In this document: piece by piece, positions 32,615 to 45,273 of the stretch
How the letters are laid out: every line of letters begins with the position of its first letter
Position numbering within the stretch: the stretch's first letter is position 1
From: Podarcis bocagei
Lineage: Eukaryota
NCBI GenBank assembly: GCA_964188305.1
Contig: OZ076889.1
DNA: 64,000 nt
Direction: 5' to 3' (one strand)
Notes under the pieces: model-generated
What the model saw: the letters and a program-made list of their open reading frames with translations, nothing else
What the model was told of the DNA's origin: nothing
The model's database searches: none
Translations under genes and position numbers: made by a program

Positions 32615-33047
32615 GCTGATCCAATGTGAAAATGAGATTGGGAAACTTCTGTTTTTGACAGAGATCCCAGAATTGCTGCTTGATGACTATAGTGAATTGA
32701 AACAGAGTCACATTCTGCAGGAAGCAGCAGAGCCACAGTTTGCAGACGGGAGCCCAGGACTTAAGTCAGTGCTGTCAACAGGTCGAAACCTGAGCAGCAG
32801 CTGTGATGCAGGAGATAAGCCAATGGTGACATTCAAAGAGAACATTAAACCTCGAGAGGTAAACAGGGAGCAAGGCCGAAGCTATCTGACTAAGGAAGTG
32901 GGTAGGGAAAGAAGGGATTATAGTAAAGGAATAACAGCCAATAAAAATGATGGGAAGAAGGACAACAACAACAAGAGGAAGAATGAGATCAAGAAATGTG
33001 GCATGGAAAAGATGCAGGAAGCAGGGAAGCAGAACGTAGCCGTGCAG
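32615..33047 (+). CDS. SMG7: SMG7 exon 14, long form (LIQCENEIGKLLFLTEIPEL...GKQNVAVQ)
   Basis: ttaaag|G...CAG|gtgaga, 433 bp; possible internal in-frame donor after 32897. Confidence 0.93.
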
Positions 33048-33595
33048 GTGAGACGTTTTGCATGGTATCATCCCAGTGAAATTTGCCGTGTGGTCATTTG
33101 AATTAGTTGCTTTTGCAAATCTGCGCAGGCCTCTTCATGCTATAGCAAGATTGATGACCTTTATTTGGAGATTAAACAAGGTGATTCACATGTTACACTC
33201 TCAGTGAGGATGGAAGGAAGGGTCCCTGAGGCATCATTTGGTTACCACAATTTCAGACAACCGGACCCCCCTCACCCTTCACCTTGCTCTTCACTTCTGC
33301 CAGGGAAATAATTGCTGCCCACTTACCCTTAAAACACCACCTCACATACTGACAGAAGGGACCAAAGGAAATAGCTGCTTTGGTTCTTTCTGAAATTGGC
33401 TGCTCTTGTTTCATTTGGGAGGGGGAGCTAGTAAGTGAACTGCAGATCTTTCCTTAACAGAAGCTGGGGATAGAATTAGAATGAGTCTCTTCTACGTTGA
33501 CTGTCTGTACTGGCAGTAGATGATACAGGCATAGAGAGGCTTCTGCAAGTGTGGTCCCTCATTAGGAGGGTAATTTGTGAATTGTACTATATTAC

Positions 33596-33967
33596 GGGAC
33601 GCGGGTGGCGCTGGGACGCGGGTGGCGCTGTGGGTAAAACCTCAGCGCCTAGGACTTGCCGATTGCATGGTCGGCGGTTTGAATCTCTGCGCCGGGGTGC
33701 GCTCCCGTCGTTCGGTCCCAGCGCCTGCCAACCTAGCAGTTTGAAAGCACCCCCGGGTGCAAGTAGATAAATAGGGACCGCTTACCAGCGGGAAGGTAAA
33801 CGGCGTTCCGTGTGCTGCGCTGGCTCGCCAGATGCAGCTTGTTACGCTGGCCACGTGACCCGGAAGTGTCTGCGGACAGCGCTGGCTCCCGGCCTATAGA
33901 GTGAGATGAGCGCACAACCCTAGAGTCTGTCAAGACTGGCCCATACGGGCAGGGGTACCTTTACCTT
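33596..33967 (+). mobile_element. Sauria SINE with duplicated 5' 17-mer
   Basis: TSD tactatattac at 33585-33595 and 33968-33978; (ACCTTT) tail. Confidence 0.9.
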
Positions 33968-35432
33968 TACTATATTACAGTGGGATTTTATTTTCTTACT
34001 TTAACCACTGCCAACTTCTTTCATCATTCAGCATCACTGTTGATGTTCTTTGGCATTCATTGATTGATAAGGCTGATAGACATGAATTCTTTTGGTATTT
34101 GTTCTTTGGTATATTCTTCTCCTTCCCACACCAGCAAAAGAATAGCTTTAATCAGTTTTCAGTTTTAGTCCTCTATGATGCTTTGTTAATGCTGAAACTG
34201 TAGCTATTGCTGTAGCTGTAGCTATTGAAGAATTAGTCTTCAACTGCCCTCTTAGTTTCCAAAAATATTTTTGACCTTTTCAACAGTAAATTGTTTCGGC
34301 ACCAGTTATATTTGTTTGTATCTTTTCATCACTTTTCTGACAATTGAGGAAGTGTTTTAACTTCCATATTTAAACAGGGTTAGGTTAAGACAGTTCTTTC
34401 AGTGTCCTAGAGAAGGACAAGAGATAGAAACTTGTCTAGTCTCATTCGCCCTGTTTTTTTTAAATGACTTGGTTATTCAAAGGAAAGCATATAGGAATTA
34501 AGGCGGCTTAAATGGTCTCTTGCCTGCTCACGTGAAGACTTCGTCAACTGGAAGACAATTCCTCTTTTTTCTTTCCTTATTGTGTACAATAAATTTGTGA
34601 AATAAAAGAATGGTTAACAGGTGAATAAAAAATACTGTGGGCTAGTAAATTTGGGGAATTTCTTTGTCAGGCTGAAACTAGAACCTCTTAAATGTATTTT
34701 GAGGAGCTTTTTCCTTTCATCTCTTGTCTCAAATGCTGGCCTGTGGTCCTTTTTGAGTGATTTTTTTCCTTGCACCCAGAAAAAGTGGTACTGACTCACC
34801 TGCTCCTTCAAACATTTTTACAAGAAGAAGGGAGACTCAGGTGGGTCAGTACCTCCCTTTTTTCTGGGCGCACAGGGAGTAGCACCACTTGAAAGGGCTG
34901 AGTCATAGGCCAACATTTGAGGCAAGAGGTGAAAGGACCACAATCAAAGTATTGCCATAAAAGGAACACTGCAACATACCTATGTCCTCAAGGAAATAAT
35001 ATTCTTAGCAAGGTACAGGACATGTAATGCAGGGAGATGTAAGCTTAGCATTAATCTTAAACCATTTAGCAATCCTTTGGTATCTGAGTATTTTATTTAA
35101 TCTCTAGCTAAGAACCGTGATGATTCCTCCTTAATCTTCAAATTCTCCTGTTCAACCACTTGATTCTGCTATTTATTGCCTAAGTGGCTTATAAAAAAGT
35201 AACATTAAGGACTTTCCCTCAGTCTCAATATAACAGATCTGTCACTTTTGAGCCTGCAGCTGATGGTGAAAGAAATGGAGTTTGTATTAATACAAGGCAG
35301 TGAGGATCAGACACTAACTTCATTCTATGGCCCGTGCCATTTGTACTGTAGAGGCTGTGTTCAGTGCAGAAGCAGGATCATGCTCAACCCACCTGTCCTG
35401 CGGGTGGGCCCGCCAGGCTTCCTTGTCTTAGA

Positions 35433-35567
35433 TCAGCCTTTCTCAAACTTGAGTCCCCAGATGATGAGAACTACAACATCCATCATCCTTTACCACTGGA
35501 CCTGCTAGCCTAGGTATGATGGGAGTTGTAGTCCAACAACATCTGGGGACCCAAGTTTGAGAAAGCC
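35433..35567. mobile_element. Short palindromic non-autonomous DNA transposon; related copies near 13470-13615, 44045-44190 and 63020-63085
   Basis: ctttctcaaacttg...tccccagatg..actacaac / gttgtagt..catctgggga..caagtttgagaaag inverted arms. Confidence 0.65.
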
Positions 35568-35589
35568 CATATTAGATGTAACATTTATA

Positions 35590-35952
35590 GGTAAAGGACC
35601 CCTGGATGGTTAAGTCCAGTCGAATTTGACTATGGGATGCAGTGCTCATCTCCACTTTCAGGCTGAGGGAGCCAGTGTTTGTCTGCAGACAGCTTTCTGG
35701 TTCATTGGCAAGCATGATTAAACCACTGTGGCACATGGAACACTGTGACACGTGCCAAAGCACACAGAAATGCCATTTATCTTACCACTGCAGTAGTACC
35801 TATGTATCTACTCACATTGGTATGTTTTCAAACTGCTAGGTTGGCAGGAGCTGGGCCAAAGCAACAGGAGCTCACCCCGTCGCGCGGACTCAAATTGCAA
35901 CCTGCAAGCTCAAGAGGCTCTGTGGTTTAGACCACAGCACCACCCGTGTCCC
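35590..35952 (-). mobile_element. Sauria SINE, older and diverged
   Basis: Reverse-complement SINE; TSD tgtaacatttata at 35577-35589 and 35956-35968. Confidence 0.8.
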
Positions 35953-37335
35953 TATTGTAACATTTATATGGAGCTTGCAGGCATAAAATCCCAACATGCA
36001 TAATGTACAAAAAATTGTACCTAGCATGTAAACATCTGACATGCCTAGCAGATGTGGCAGATGAGTGCAATTCCCCCCTTAAGGTTAGCACCTCTACACC
36101 CACAGTATTGTATAAACAACCGTTCTTCAACTGGTGAGTTGAGACCCACTAGTGGATTGTGGCCTGATCCAAGGTGGTTCACAACAGAGACTCTACTATC
36201 ATGCAAATATATGGTAAAAAAGGAAATGGGTCCCCAGATGCATCTTTGAGTCAAAAGTGAGTCCTAGGTCTGAAAAGGTTGGGGATGCCTAAGCCAAGCC
36301 TGATGGAAGCTTACATTCCTTGCAGAGACATGATGTTTCTAGTTAGAGATTTGTTACACTTCACTGGAAGTAGAGTAAAAAAGGGGGAAAATCCAGTGGT
36401 TAGATGAATGCTGAAAAACCTTTTCTTAAAAAAATCTTGTTAATTGTTGGCTCACACTACCTTTGCATTTTAATACTCCTCTTCATGCGCATTCAGTGGT
36501 GGTATATTATTTTATATGATCTCTAGCATGCTGAAACTGCTACAAAATACTCCTTGTCATTTGTTTTTGGTGTGCAGAAACAGTTAGCACTAATTTTGTA
36601 ATAAAAATGTATTTCAATGAGAAATGTCCCTATTGTCTTCAGTGGAGCTTACTCCCAAGTAAGTGAGTGTAGGGTTGCAATCTAAAGTGATCTTTTAAAA
36701 ATCCTTGCATAATAGATTTATATGTAAAATGCACACGGCACACAGGTTAATTTGTGCCAGAGCAGGAAAGTAAAGGTGTTTGAGCTATCTTTTGAAAGCT
36801 GAGCTTATCTCCTGTTTCTCAGACAAATAGGCTGGAGTTTGCATTCATGGAACCTAGACTATCTGTCAGCAGGGAGTGGAGGTGAGTTTTGTCCTTCTAG
36901 TTTCACATGCTCTGTAGCCGTGAGCAAAACTACTGGGACAAACCCTTCCCCTATCATGTTCCCAAGATTGGAAGGAAGCCAGGGCTTTGCTTTGACTCTG
37001 TTTCCGAGGCCCTCCGAGTGCAGATCCGAAGGAAGGTTCTCTGCATCTCCCCTGTGGGGAGAAGGGCCAGGGCTGGATTCCCAGCATTGCCTTGCAACCC
37101 TAGCTCTAAGCGGGAGAGGGGAGGGGATTGGCCTGGACCTCATACTGAGTTTTGAAGGTGGCCACAAATTTTGGCTTGACTATCAGGGAAACCCAGCAAT
37201 TTTGGGTCCCTTCTGTATAGCAAAGGGGGAACTAGAATTACTTGGAAAGAATCAATGCCTTGTAATCATGCTTTAGTTTTACCATAAGAAGGTGTGGACA
37301 GGTAATATTAATGCTTAAATGGCTTGCCTTCCTAG

Positions 37336-37480
37336 GTAAAATCCCAGACTGAGTTGAGGAAGACTCCCGTGTCTGAAGCCAGGAAAACGCCAGTCACTCA
37401 GTCTCCCAACCAGGCCAGCAACTCCCAGTTCATACCCATCCATCACCCAGGAGCTTTCCCTCCTCTTCCAAGCCGGCCAG
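37336..37480 (+). CDS. SMG7: SMG7 exon 15 (VKSQTELRKTPVSEARKTPVTQSPNQASNSQFIPIHHPGAFPPLPSRPG)
   Basis: tcctag|GTA...CCAG|gtaaaa, 145 bp. Confidence 0.95.
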
Positions 37481-38328
37481 GTAAAAGCCATGTGCTCTGT
37501 ATTAAAATCATATCTATCCTTGTTTAAAACTCATGATGTTGTGTGCTGATGCCTTCCACCTATCTTTTTCTATGTAGGAAAATAAAACAGAAAAGGTTTC
37601 TTTGTAAAAATGCTCTGACTTCCTTTAACTGGAACACAAGTGGGCATGATAGATGCCTAGCACTGTACTATATTGCATGATCTTTACCCAGGTGCATAGT
37701 AATGATCTCTCTGCAATGTTTAGATAATAGCACATGTGTGTTTTCTGCCACAGGTGCACAGAGTGGAAAGCCACCTCACACATAATTTTCTCAATGTGCA
37801 TACCTATGGTGGAAAAGACAATTCTGCTGTCACGAAAAGCTTACCTTTTTGTCACAGATATTAATCTTGGTGTTTGAAAAAGTAATGTGCAGAACAGGCA
37901 GCCCATAATGTGACAAAGTGTTTGCTTTGTGTGTAGTATACAGCTGCAAAGATGAAAGCCATCACTGTGGGTCTGAGAGGATGTGGCACCCCACTCCATC
38001 CTGGAATCCTTCCCCAAAAGGGGTTGGAACTGGAGCTGCAGGCTTGCTTGTATACATGCCCCCCCCCACACACACTCCCACTTCTCTTACTGCAGAGATG
38101 AATGGCTGAATAAATGGCTGAATCAGATGCTGATTTTGAATGTGGGTCTCCTTAAATCTGGCAAGAGTGGGACCAGGGAGGAGCCAAAGGCCCATTCACA
38201 GGGGAGAATCCTGGAAGAGGAGACCGGAAGTAACACTTGAAGAGCCCCCTAAGCATTCCGTGCGTGAAAAAGTAGTTTCCTTTTTAAAAGAAATGTCTGT
38301 TTGTCTGTCTTTCTTTTCTTTTCCCCAG

Positions 38329-38633
38329 GCTTCCCACCTCCCACCTATGTTATCCCCCCTCCTGTGGCTTTCCCTATGGGCTCAGGATATACTTTCCCAG
38401 GTGGCGTTTCTGTCCCAGGAACCTTTCTTCAGTCTGCAGCTCATTCACCTGCAGGAAACCAGGTGCAAGCTGGGAAACAATCCCACATTCCTTACAGCCA
38501 GCAGCGGCCCTCTGGACCAGGCCCAATGAACCAGGGACCTCAGGCACCATCCCCTTCTCAACAGTCCCTTGCATCCTTACCAGCTCAGGCAACAGCACAG
38601 GCTGCAAGCCAGTTGCAGGTCCAGGCTCTGGCC

Positions 38634-38669
<36 letters not shown>

Positions 38670-38732
38670 TCCCCTACAAAAGCTGTTCAGGCCTTAGGGA
38701 AGAGTCCTCCACACCACTCCGGATTCCAGCAG
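38329..38732 (+). CDS. SMG7: SMG7 exon 16 (FPPPTYVIPPPVAFPMGSGYTFP...PHHSGFQQ)
   Basis: ccccag|GC...CAG|gtgagc, 404 bp; proline/glutamine-rich. Confidence 0.95.
38634..38669 (+). repeat. Coding (CAG)9(CAA)2CAG repeat, 12 Gln
   Basis: Counted directly from the sequence. Confidence 0.95.
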
Positions 38733-39852
38733 GTGAGCTTTAAGGAGAAGAAAGTGCCAGAGGGACCCGGTCTGGGCTAGATTGCATCTGTAGGTGCAAA
38801 TCTGGTTTTTGGTCAGGGAAGTGCAGGTTCTTTGCTCAGATAAGAGTAGCTCTGATGGAAAGGTGCAAGCAAGGATGGAGAGAAGGAATGGGCAAGCAGA
38901 TGGGGAGAGAGTACAAATAAAGTATGAGCCTAACTGCAATGTGGGGCCAGGGCAGCAGTGCAGGAGCCTGTGGACTTCCTGTTACTCCTTTGAAGGCCTC
39001 CTCTCTGCCCAAAAGTGCCTGAGAGAAGAACAGCTTTTAATCCTTTTAAGTTTGACCGAAGCTTTCCCTGAAGCTCCTTTTAAATTTGGGGTGGCTAGCC
39101 TTTTGAATATTAGGGTTCCTATAGCTTTAATAACCTTACAGAGTTTCTGTAAGGTTTGCACCTGTAGATCACATGTGAGCACTTGAAAGCACTGTACTGT
39201 TGTTTTTATCATATATGATTATTGTTATATCATTAGAATTATTAATTAAAAGTATTTACTTACTTATATTATTTATCTAGTATTATGCCCCTTGCATCTG
39301 GGAGGGAATTTTGGTAGGTACAGCCCTTCAAACCGCGGAACTTTTGCATGGCCAAGTGCCTGCATGAAATCCTTTCCCTTTAATAACAGGTGAAGCCTCA
39401 TGTTGGATGGTTCACCTGTTGTGTGGGTTCTGAAACATTTCCTTGGATTTTCTCCGGAACACGAGGTCTCAAAATGAAAGCCATAAGCTTTGCAGCTCAG
39501 TGGCACAGAATGTGCAGCCTTGCTCAAGTACATTACGCATGATCAGGTGGTGGCATGTTGTGCTCTCAGATCAGGTGGTGCACAGAGAGTGTAGCAGGCC
39601 TTTTTGGACAGTGAGGAACCAATAGTATTTTTCTGTACAATGTTGCTTGTGGAATCTACTTCATCAAGTCAAGGGGTTCAATCAGCTAATCAACTCCAAA
39701 GCAGAGAAACAAAATTGCAGGCTGTTTTTGGCAGAAAGAGAATATGCAGCTTGCCACGGTTGGTCTCTTGGTAGCTAGAAACCTAAATTAGTCAGATGCT
39801 CTCCCGTTTTGCATAATGAATTGTGCTGAACACAGAGGCGCTTGTACTTCAG

Positions 39853-40227
39853 TATTCCCAGGCAGACTCCTCCAAGCAGCTGTGGAATCCTCCTCAGGTC
39901 CAAGGCCCGTTGGGGAAGATCATGCCTGTGAAGCAGCCCTACTATCTTCAGGGCCAAGACCCCCTAAAACTGTTTGAACAGTCCATGCAGCCTCCCCTCC
40001 TGCAACAGCAGCAGCCTCTGGAGAAGAAGATGAAGCCTTTCCCCATGGAGCCATATAGCCAGAATCCCTCAGAGGTTAAGGGGCCAGAGTTTTACTGGGA
40101 CTCCTATGGCATGGCTGATAACCGCATCATGATGGCGCAGCAGCAAGCTAACATGGACCGCAGAGGGAAACGCCAGCCAGGAGTCTTCCGCCCAGAGCAG
40201 GATCCAGTGCCTAGGATGGGTTTTGAG
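39853..40227 (+). CDS. SMG7: SMG7 exon 17 (YSQADSSKQLWNPPQVQGPLGKIMPVKQ...DPVPRMGFE)
   Basis: cttcag|TAT...GAG|gtaaat, 375 bp. Confidence 0.93.
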
Positions 40228-40591
40228 GTAAATGTGTGATTAATTGATGATCTTCAGGAAAAGGAGAGTGGTTCTCCTTTGAGTGATAGATGTCTCCAAG
40301 TGGGTTTAGCTCCTCCTATTACTCAAAGGCAAGAAACACTGTAACTTCAGAGGAAGTTGCTTTCAGTGCAGCAGTTTGTGGTGATTCACAGGATTACCAA
40401 TTAGTAAAAACAGATTAATCTCTAGGTTGTTGATTCTATTGGGGAGGGGGTGTGCGCGTGCATTTTTAAAAAACCTAAATGCATTCGAAAAGCAGTTTTT
40501 TAAAAAATCAACTAACTTGGTTTAGCATCATTTTTAAGATAACACTGACAAACCAAAACAACCTACTCAACTTTTCAAGCTATCTGCACAT

Positions 40592-40593
<2 letters not shown>

Positions 40594-40634
<41 letters not shown>
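40594..40634. repeat. (CA)n microsatellite
   Basis: Visible tandem repeat. Confidence 0.95.
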
Positions 40635-40637
<3 letters not shown>

Positions 40638-42742
40638 CGAGGGATGGTGCGTGGGGCAGGAGCCGCAAGCAAGAAACCCCCTGCCCTATCTAGGCAGCAG
40701 ACAGCTGGTAGTGACTGCAATGGCTCCTTCCTCCCCCAACAAGTGCAGCTTCAATCATCCTCTTCCCAACCGTCAAGATCGAGGGCATATAATGTACACA
40801 TGTTTTTATATTGTGAGGTACAAAATAAGAACCACAGTACATTTTTTTTTAAGATGCTGCTGAAACTGTAATATCAAATAACCCATGTAAAGCTCATAAT
40901 CTCCCACACACCACTCCATGTTTGCCTGCCACTAGGATGGAACCCCGGGGAAGTCATCTTGGCAAGGGATGTGCACTTGAATATTAACTTGGGAAAGCTG
41001 TAAAGTCTGGCTTGAGCATGGATTTCTGCCAGAACTTTACAAATCAACACAATTTGTTGAGGCTTTTCAAATTTTATCACAGAGAACCTGCAAGATTTGA
41101 ATTGTTAGATATCACCCAAGTATAACTAGAGAAAAGCAAATATAGTAATTCCCTCTGGCAGTGCTGGCTCTTGGCACAGTCTGGGAGGAAGGAGATTGAA
41201 GAAGAAACACAAGTGTCACTTAAGGTGGCAAAGTAGATGCTGCCAGAAAGCGGAAACTTGTGAAAAGGTGGAACAGGCCCAGCACTTGGCATGTGTTGAT
41301 AGGGCACTTGGTCCTTTCCAAACAAGACCTGTATTAAAAAGTGTTGGATAGAGGAATTCACACTTTGCTTGCCAGTTGTCTGCACCCCTATATGCAGGCT
41401 TCTCTGCAGAGCAGAAACCAAATGACAGTATAAATACCCTATTTGCTTTTAGAAATGGCCTTGACTTAATCTTTGGCAACTCTGAAGCAAGCAGCAGCTA
41501 TTGCTCTTGCTCTGACATTGTTTCTCACGTTCATGGAATGATCAATGCACAAACCCCCTCCCTCTTTTTTTTAATAAAATCGTCTTTAGCAGCAGTGGTC
41601 CACCACAGATCTATTGAGACAATGTTCTGTTTGAGCAGACCAATTGCATCTCTGAGTACACTGATAACTTAATCCTGATAGATGCTGGCTGTAAGAAAGC
41701 CCTGGTGTGGTGTGCTACAATGCTATCAAAGGTTAGAAGACAAAGAGTCTCCTTTTTGTGTCATCTTTTGATATTTGTTGCCCTGATTGTGCCTTCAGCT
41801 AAGCAAATGCCATTATAGCTAATCTTTCCCTATAATTTCATCCTGTAGAACGAACCTGGAGTTCAGGTTGTATGTGCAAAGACGCAGAGGCAGGAAGCCC
41901 AGATTTCAAAGAATAAAACAGAACTCTATGAGAGCTCACTGGGAACACTTTACAAGGCCACCACAGAGCCCCGTGGCTGTCTTCAAGAAGGTGGCCCAAA
42001 CAATAGCATTTCATATGCCTGGGTATCTAATTCTGTAATTTTAGGTTAGTCTCCTTATCCTTCAGTGTGGACCTCATGCCACATTTGAGGCATTTGGCAA
42101 GGAGCAATGTTGAGCAATGGGCCATTCATGGAGAAAATGGTACTGATGTAGACAGGCCAAGATAGAAGTAGTAGTTATCCACAAAAAGGAGCAAAACATC
42201 TGATCCCTGAACATGCTGTCATTCTGCACAACTTCCCACAAATTCTTGAAACTTGCTTGTGTAATATTTTTTAAAGCCCAGATTCCATGCTGTAGATGAT
42301 GAAACCTGCTTGTAGTTCATCCGGCTCTGATCATGAGCACATGATCAGGAACTGCATACAGGCACATTTTGGTTCTAACTACAGTTAACGAAGCTACTAA
42401 GATATTGGAACATTGAAGAACAAAATGCATTGATTCTCCACATATTTATTGCTGCAGTAGTGGAGATCACATTCTCCCAAAGAAGATCCCCGTAATTTTT
42501 GCTGTATGCAGATTCAAACTTAGTGGGTAGCAGAGCTGCTCCTGAAACAAACCTTGGTTTTCTTGTGCCCCTGCTCTGTTCTCTCTTTAAGCTGCTCTTG
42601 CATGCTGGCATACCTTTCCTTGCATTCCCTTTCTCTGCTTTGCATTACTGCTGGGCCCCCTTCTATTCCTTGCCTACCTGCTGCTAGTCTTGCTTTCGCT
42701 TCTTTCCTTGCTGCATCTCACTGTGCTCCTTTCTGTCACTAG

Positions 42743-42892
42743 GACCCCAAGAGCTCCCCTCTGCTTCCTCCGGACCTGTTAAAGAGTCTGGCTGCCTTGG
42801 AGGAGGAGGAAGAGCTGGTTTTCTCTAATCCTCCTGATCTTTACCCAGCTCTGCTGGGTCCTCTCGCCTCTCTTCCTGGACGAAGCCTCTTT
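42743..42892 (+). CDS. SMG7: SMG7 cassette exon 18 (DPKSSPLLPPDLLKSLAALEEEEELVFSNPPDLYPALLGPLASLPGRSLF)
   Basis: cactag|GAC...TTT|gtatgt, 150 bp, symmetric phase 0; matches the 50-aa alternative exon I recall from mammalian SMG7. Confidence 0.88.
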
Positions 42893-43938
42893 GTATGTAT
42901 TTGACTTAATTCTGCTGCTTCTCATTCTAATTTTGGCATATCTTTTTTTATTTATATTCCGTTTCCCTGAAAGGTCAGTAGGACACATGAAATCCATGTC
43001 CCTTCCTGAAATAGTTGTTAAGGGGAAATTTAAATAAGCAGAGCTCATAAGCTCAGGATCATAGATATCAGCTAAGAGGAAGTAGCTTTAACATAGCTGT
43101 AATACTTTTATCAATCCTAGGATTGCTATTTTCTTACCCAGCAACTGAGACCTTAAAAGCTCTGGAAGAGAGAGGGGCTGTTAGTAAACTTCTCCCTTGT
43201 GGTACTTCTTGTTTGGAATTACCTTGACTTTCTAGGCCTACTCCTCCGTGAGGGAGCAGGAGAAGCTGTTCCAGTTGACCTAGCTCCTGTTCCAGAGCTC
43301 TTAAGCAGGTACAGTCTCAGAATCAAAAAGCGGTAACTCTAGATGACCCAAATCCTGATTTCTTGCCTTCCTGAGAAATTCCAGGTTGAGTTACTATCTT
43401 GTACAAAACTGTATCATTTCTCTTTTATAATACAAATGAATAAGCTTGTATCTATATGGGAGGTTGGAGACTGAAACTGAGAAACAAATTTTCAGTTTTG
43501 CAGGTGCTTGGTGGGTTTTGATACTGGAATACATTACCCTGCACACCTGTGCAAAAATATACGCCACAGGTTGCATGTGGACCATTAATCCCATGTTTGA
43601 AGGATCCCCAGGCAACTTCAGCAATTAACTTATGGGGCCCACACATTCATTGAGCCCATTGATGGTGTCTAGGTCTGTGCAAGTTACCTCTGCCTATATA
43701 AGCATAAGATCAAGTATCCGTGTAGCCTAACCTCTAGAGGCCTTGTTGTCAAGTGTCAAAATATAAATGTTAATGTACCATACGGTATTCACACACTTGT
43801 CTGACAGGAGGAGTTGAATGTATTATTGAATGTATAATAAGATAGTAACATGTTCAATATAGTTTCCTTCTGAGGAAAAAGATCATGGGTTTAGGGGCTT
43901 TTATCTTTTTTTACCTTGGGTGAAATTCTAAAGCTTGT

Positions 43939-43943
<5 letters not shown>

Positions 43944-44007
<64 letters not shown>
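43944..44007. repeat. (TA)n microsatellite
   Basis: Visible tandem repeat. Confidence 0.95.
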
Positions 44008-44013
<6 letters not shown>

Positions 44014-45273
44014 CCGCGGGCACAAACATAATACAAAGGTAGGGTTGCTTGTGTTATGGTGGGGATGAGCAGGCTGTGGCTCTTTTGATGTCGTTGAACT
44101 ACAGCTCCCCTCAGGCCCAACCATCACAGTCAGGTGACTGGGCCTGATTGCAGTCCAACAAAATCTGGAGGTCCTCAGGTTTCTCACCCATGCATTATGG
44201 AAACCAAGGGAATAAGACCATTTTGATCACATCTGGGAAGTATCCACTCTGTTCTCTATAACTAGGAGGATAGGCACTTGATGAAATTTCTCTTTTCCTG
44301 TTAATTGGTCTGTTGAAATGCTTCTCCAAGGTGCCAAATGGGAATTTTGGCAAGTGCCGTTGTAGCCCAGAGGATTCTTGAAGACATCAACCAAATATCT
44401 GTGGCCATGAACTGTAGGCCAGTTGAAACATTACAGCTCCTATGCCAAAATAAGTCCCAAGCTATGCTCCTCATCTTCATGGATTGGCCTGAGCCAGTCT
44501 TTTCCACCTCAGCCAGCACTTGGGGATGTGGTACCAGTGTGCAATGCTGCCCATGTTTGGGCCAGCACAGAGATGTTGTCAGCATTATTTCTGCCACACA
44601 AAACATCACTAACAAGGAATTACTCTTTAGTACTTGAAGGGGTGTGAGGGAACGTTACATTTAATTGGCATTCATCAGTTGAGCAGGTCGCGTTGTCTTT
44701 CAGCATTGGTTCCTACCCTCTAAAAGGAGGTTGTGTGGATTAGCACAAGGAGGGCCACAAAGAACCTGGACATTTGAGTGGGGAGGATACTGTGGGTGAC
44801 TAAACTGTATTTCAAGTGTGGCTCAAGGCTTTTGATTTCTGGGAAGGTGAGGTGGTCCATGTATAAAATGCTTGATTTGTACTAAAAACAGGTTTCTAAC
44901 ATTCATAAGCACCAAATGCATTAGTCCAGGACATTTGTTTAACTGAAGTTATAAAAGGGAAGCCATCTCTGTTTGGATGATATACTTGATCCTTTATTTC
45001 TACCTACACAAAATATACTGCCTATAGAGATTCTGCCACATAAACCCACACATCTCTCTTCTGAAGCTTCAGGTACTGGTACATTACACCAGCAAGGTAC
45101 CAGCTTGGATGAGTAATATTGAATTGTTCAACTTAGTGAATAGTTCTCCATGTAGCATTCATTTAGTTTTGGTATTACTTCAGCTACCTTCCCAGTTCCT
45201 TCAAGGACCTGAGCTGAACCCTCCACAAGCCAAGGTGATTTTTGCCTATGAGGTGTAGAAAGAGTGCATAACT

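Noticed and set aside
37331-37341. cctag|gtaaaa as a recursive splice site
   Set aside because: It is explained by the conserved Val-Lys codons at the exon start, and the introns are short for recursive splicing.
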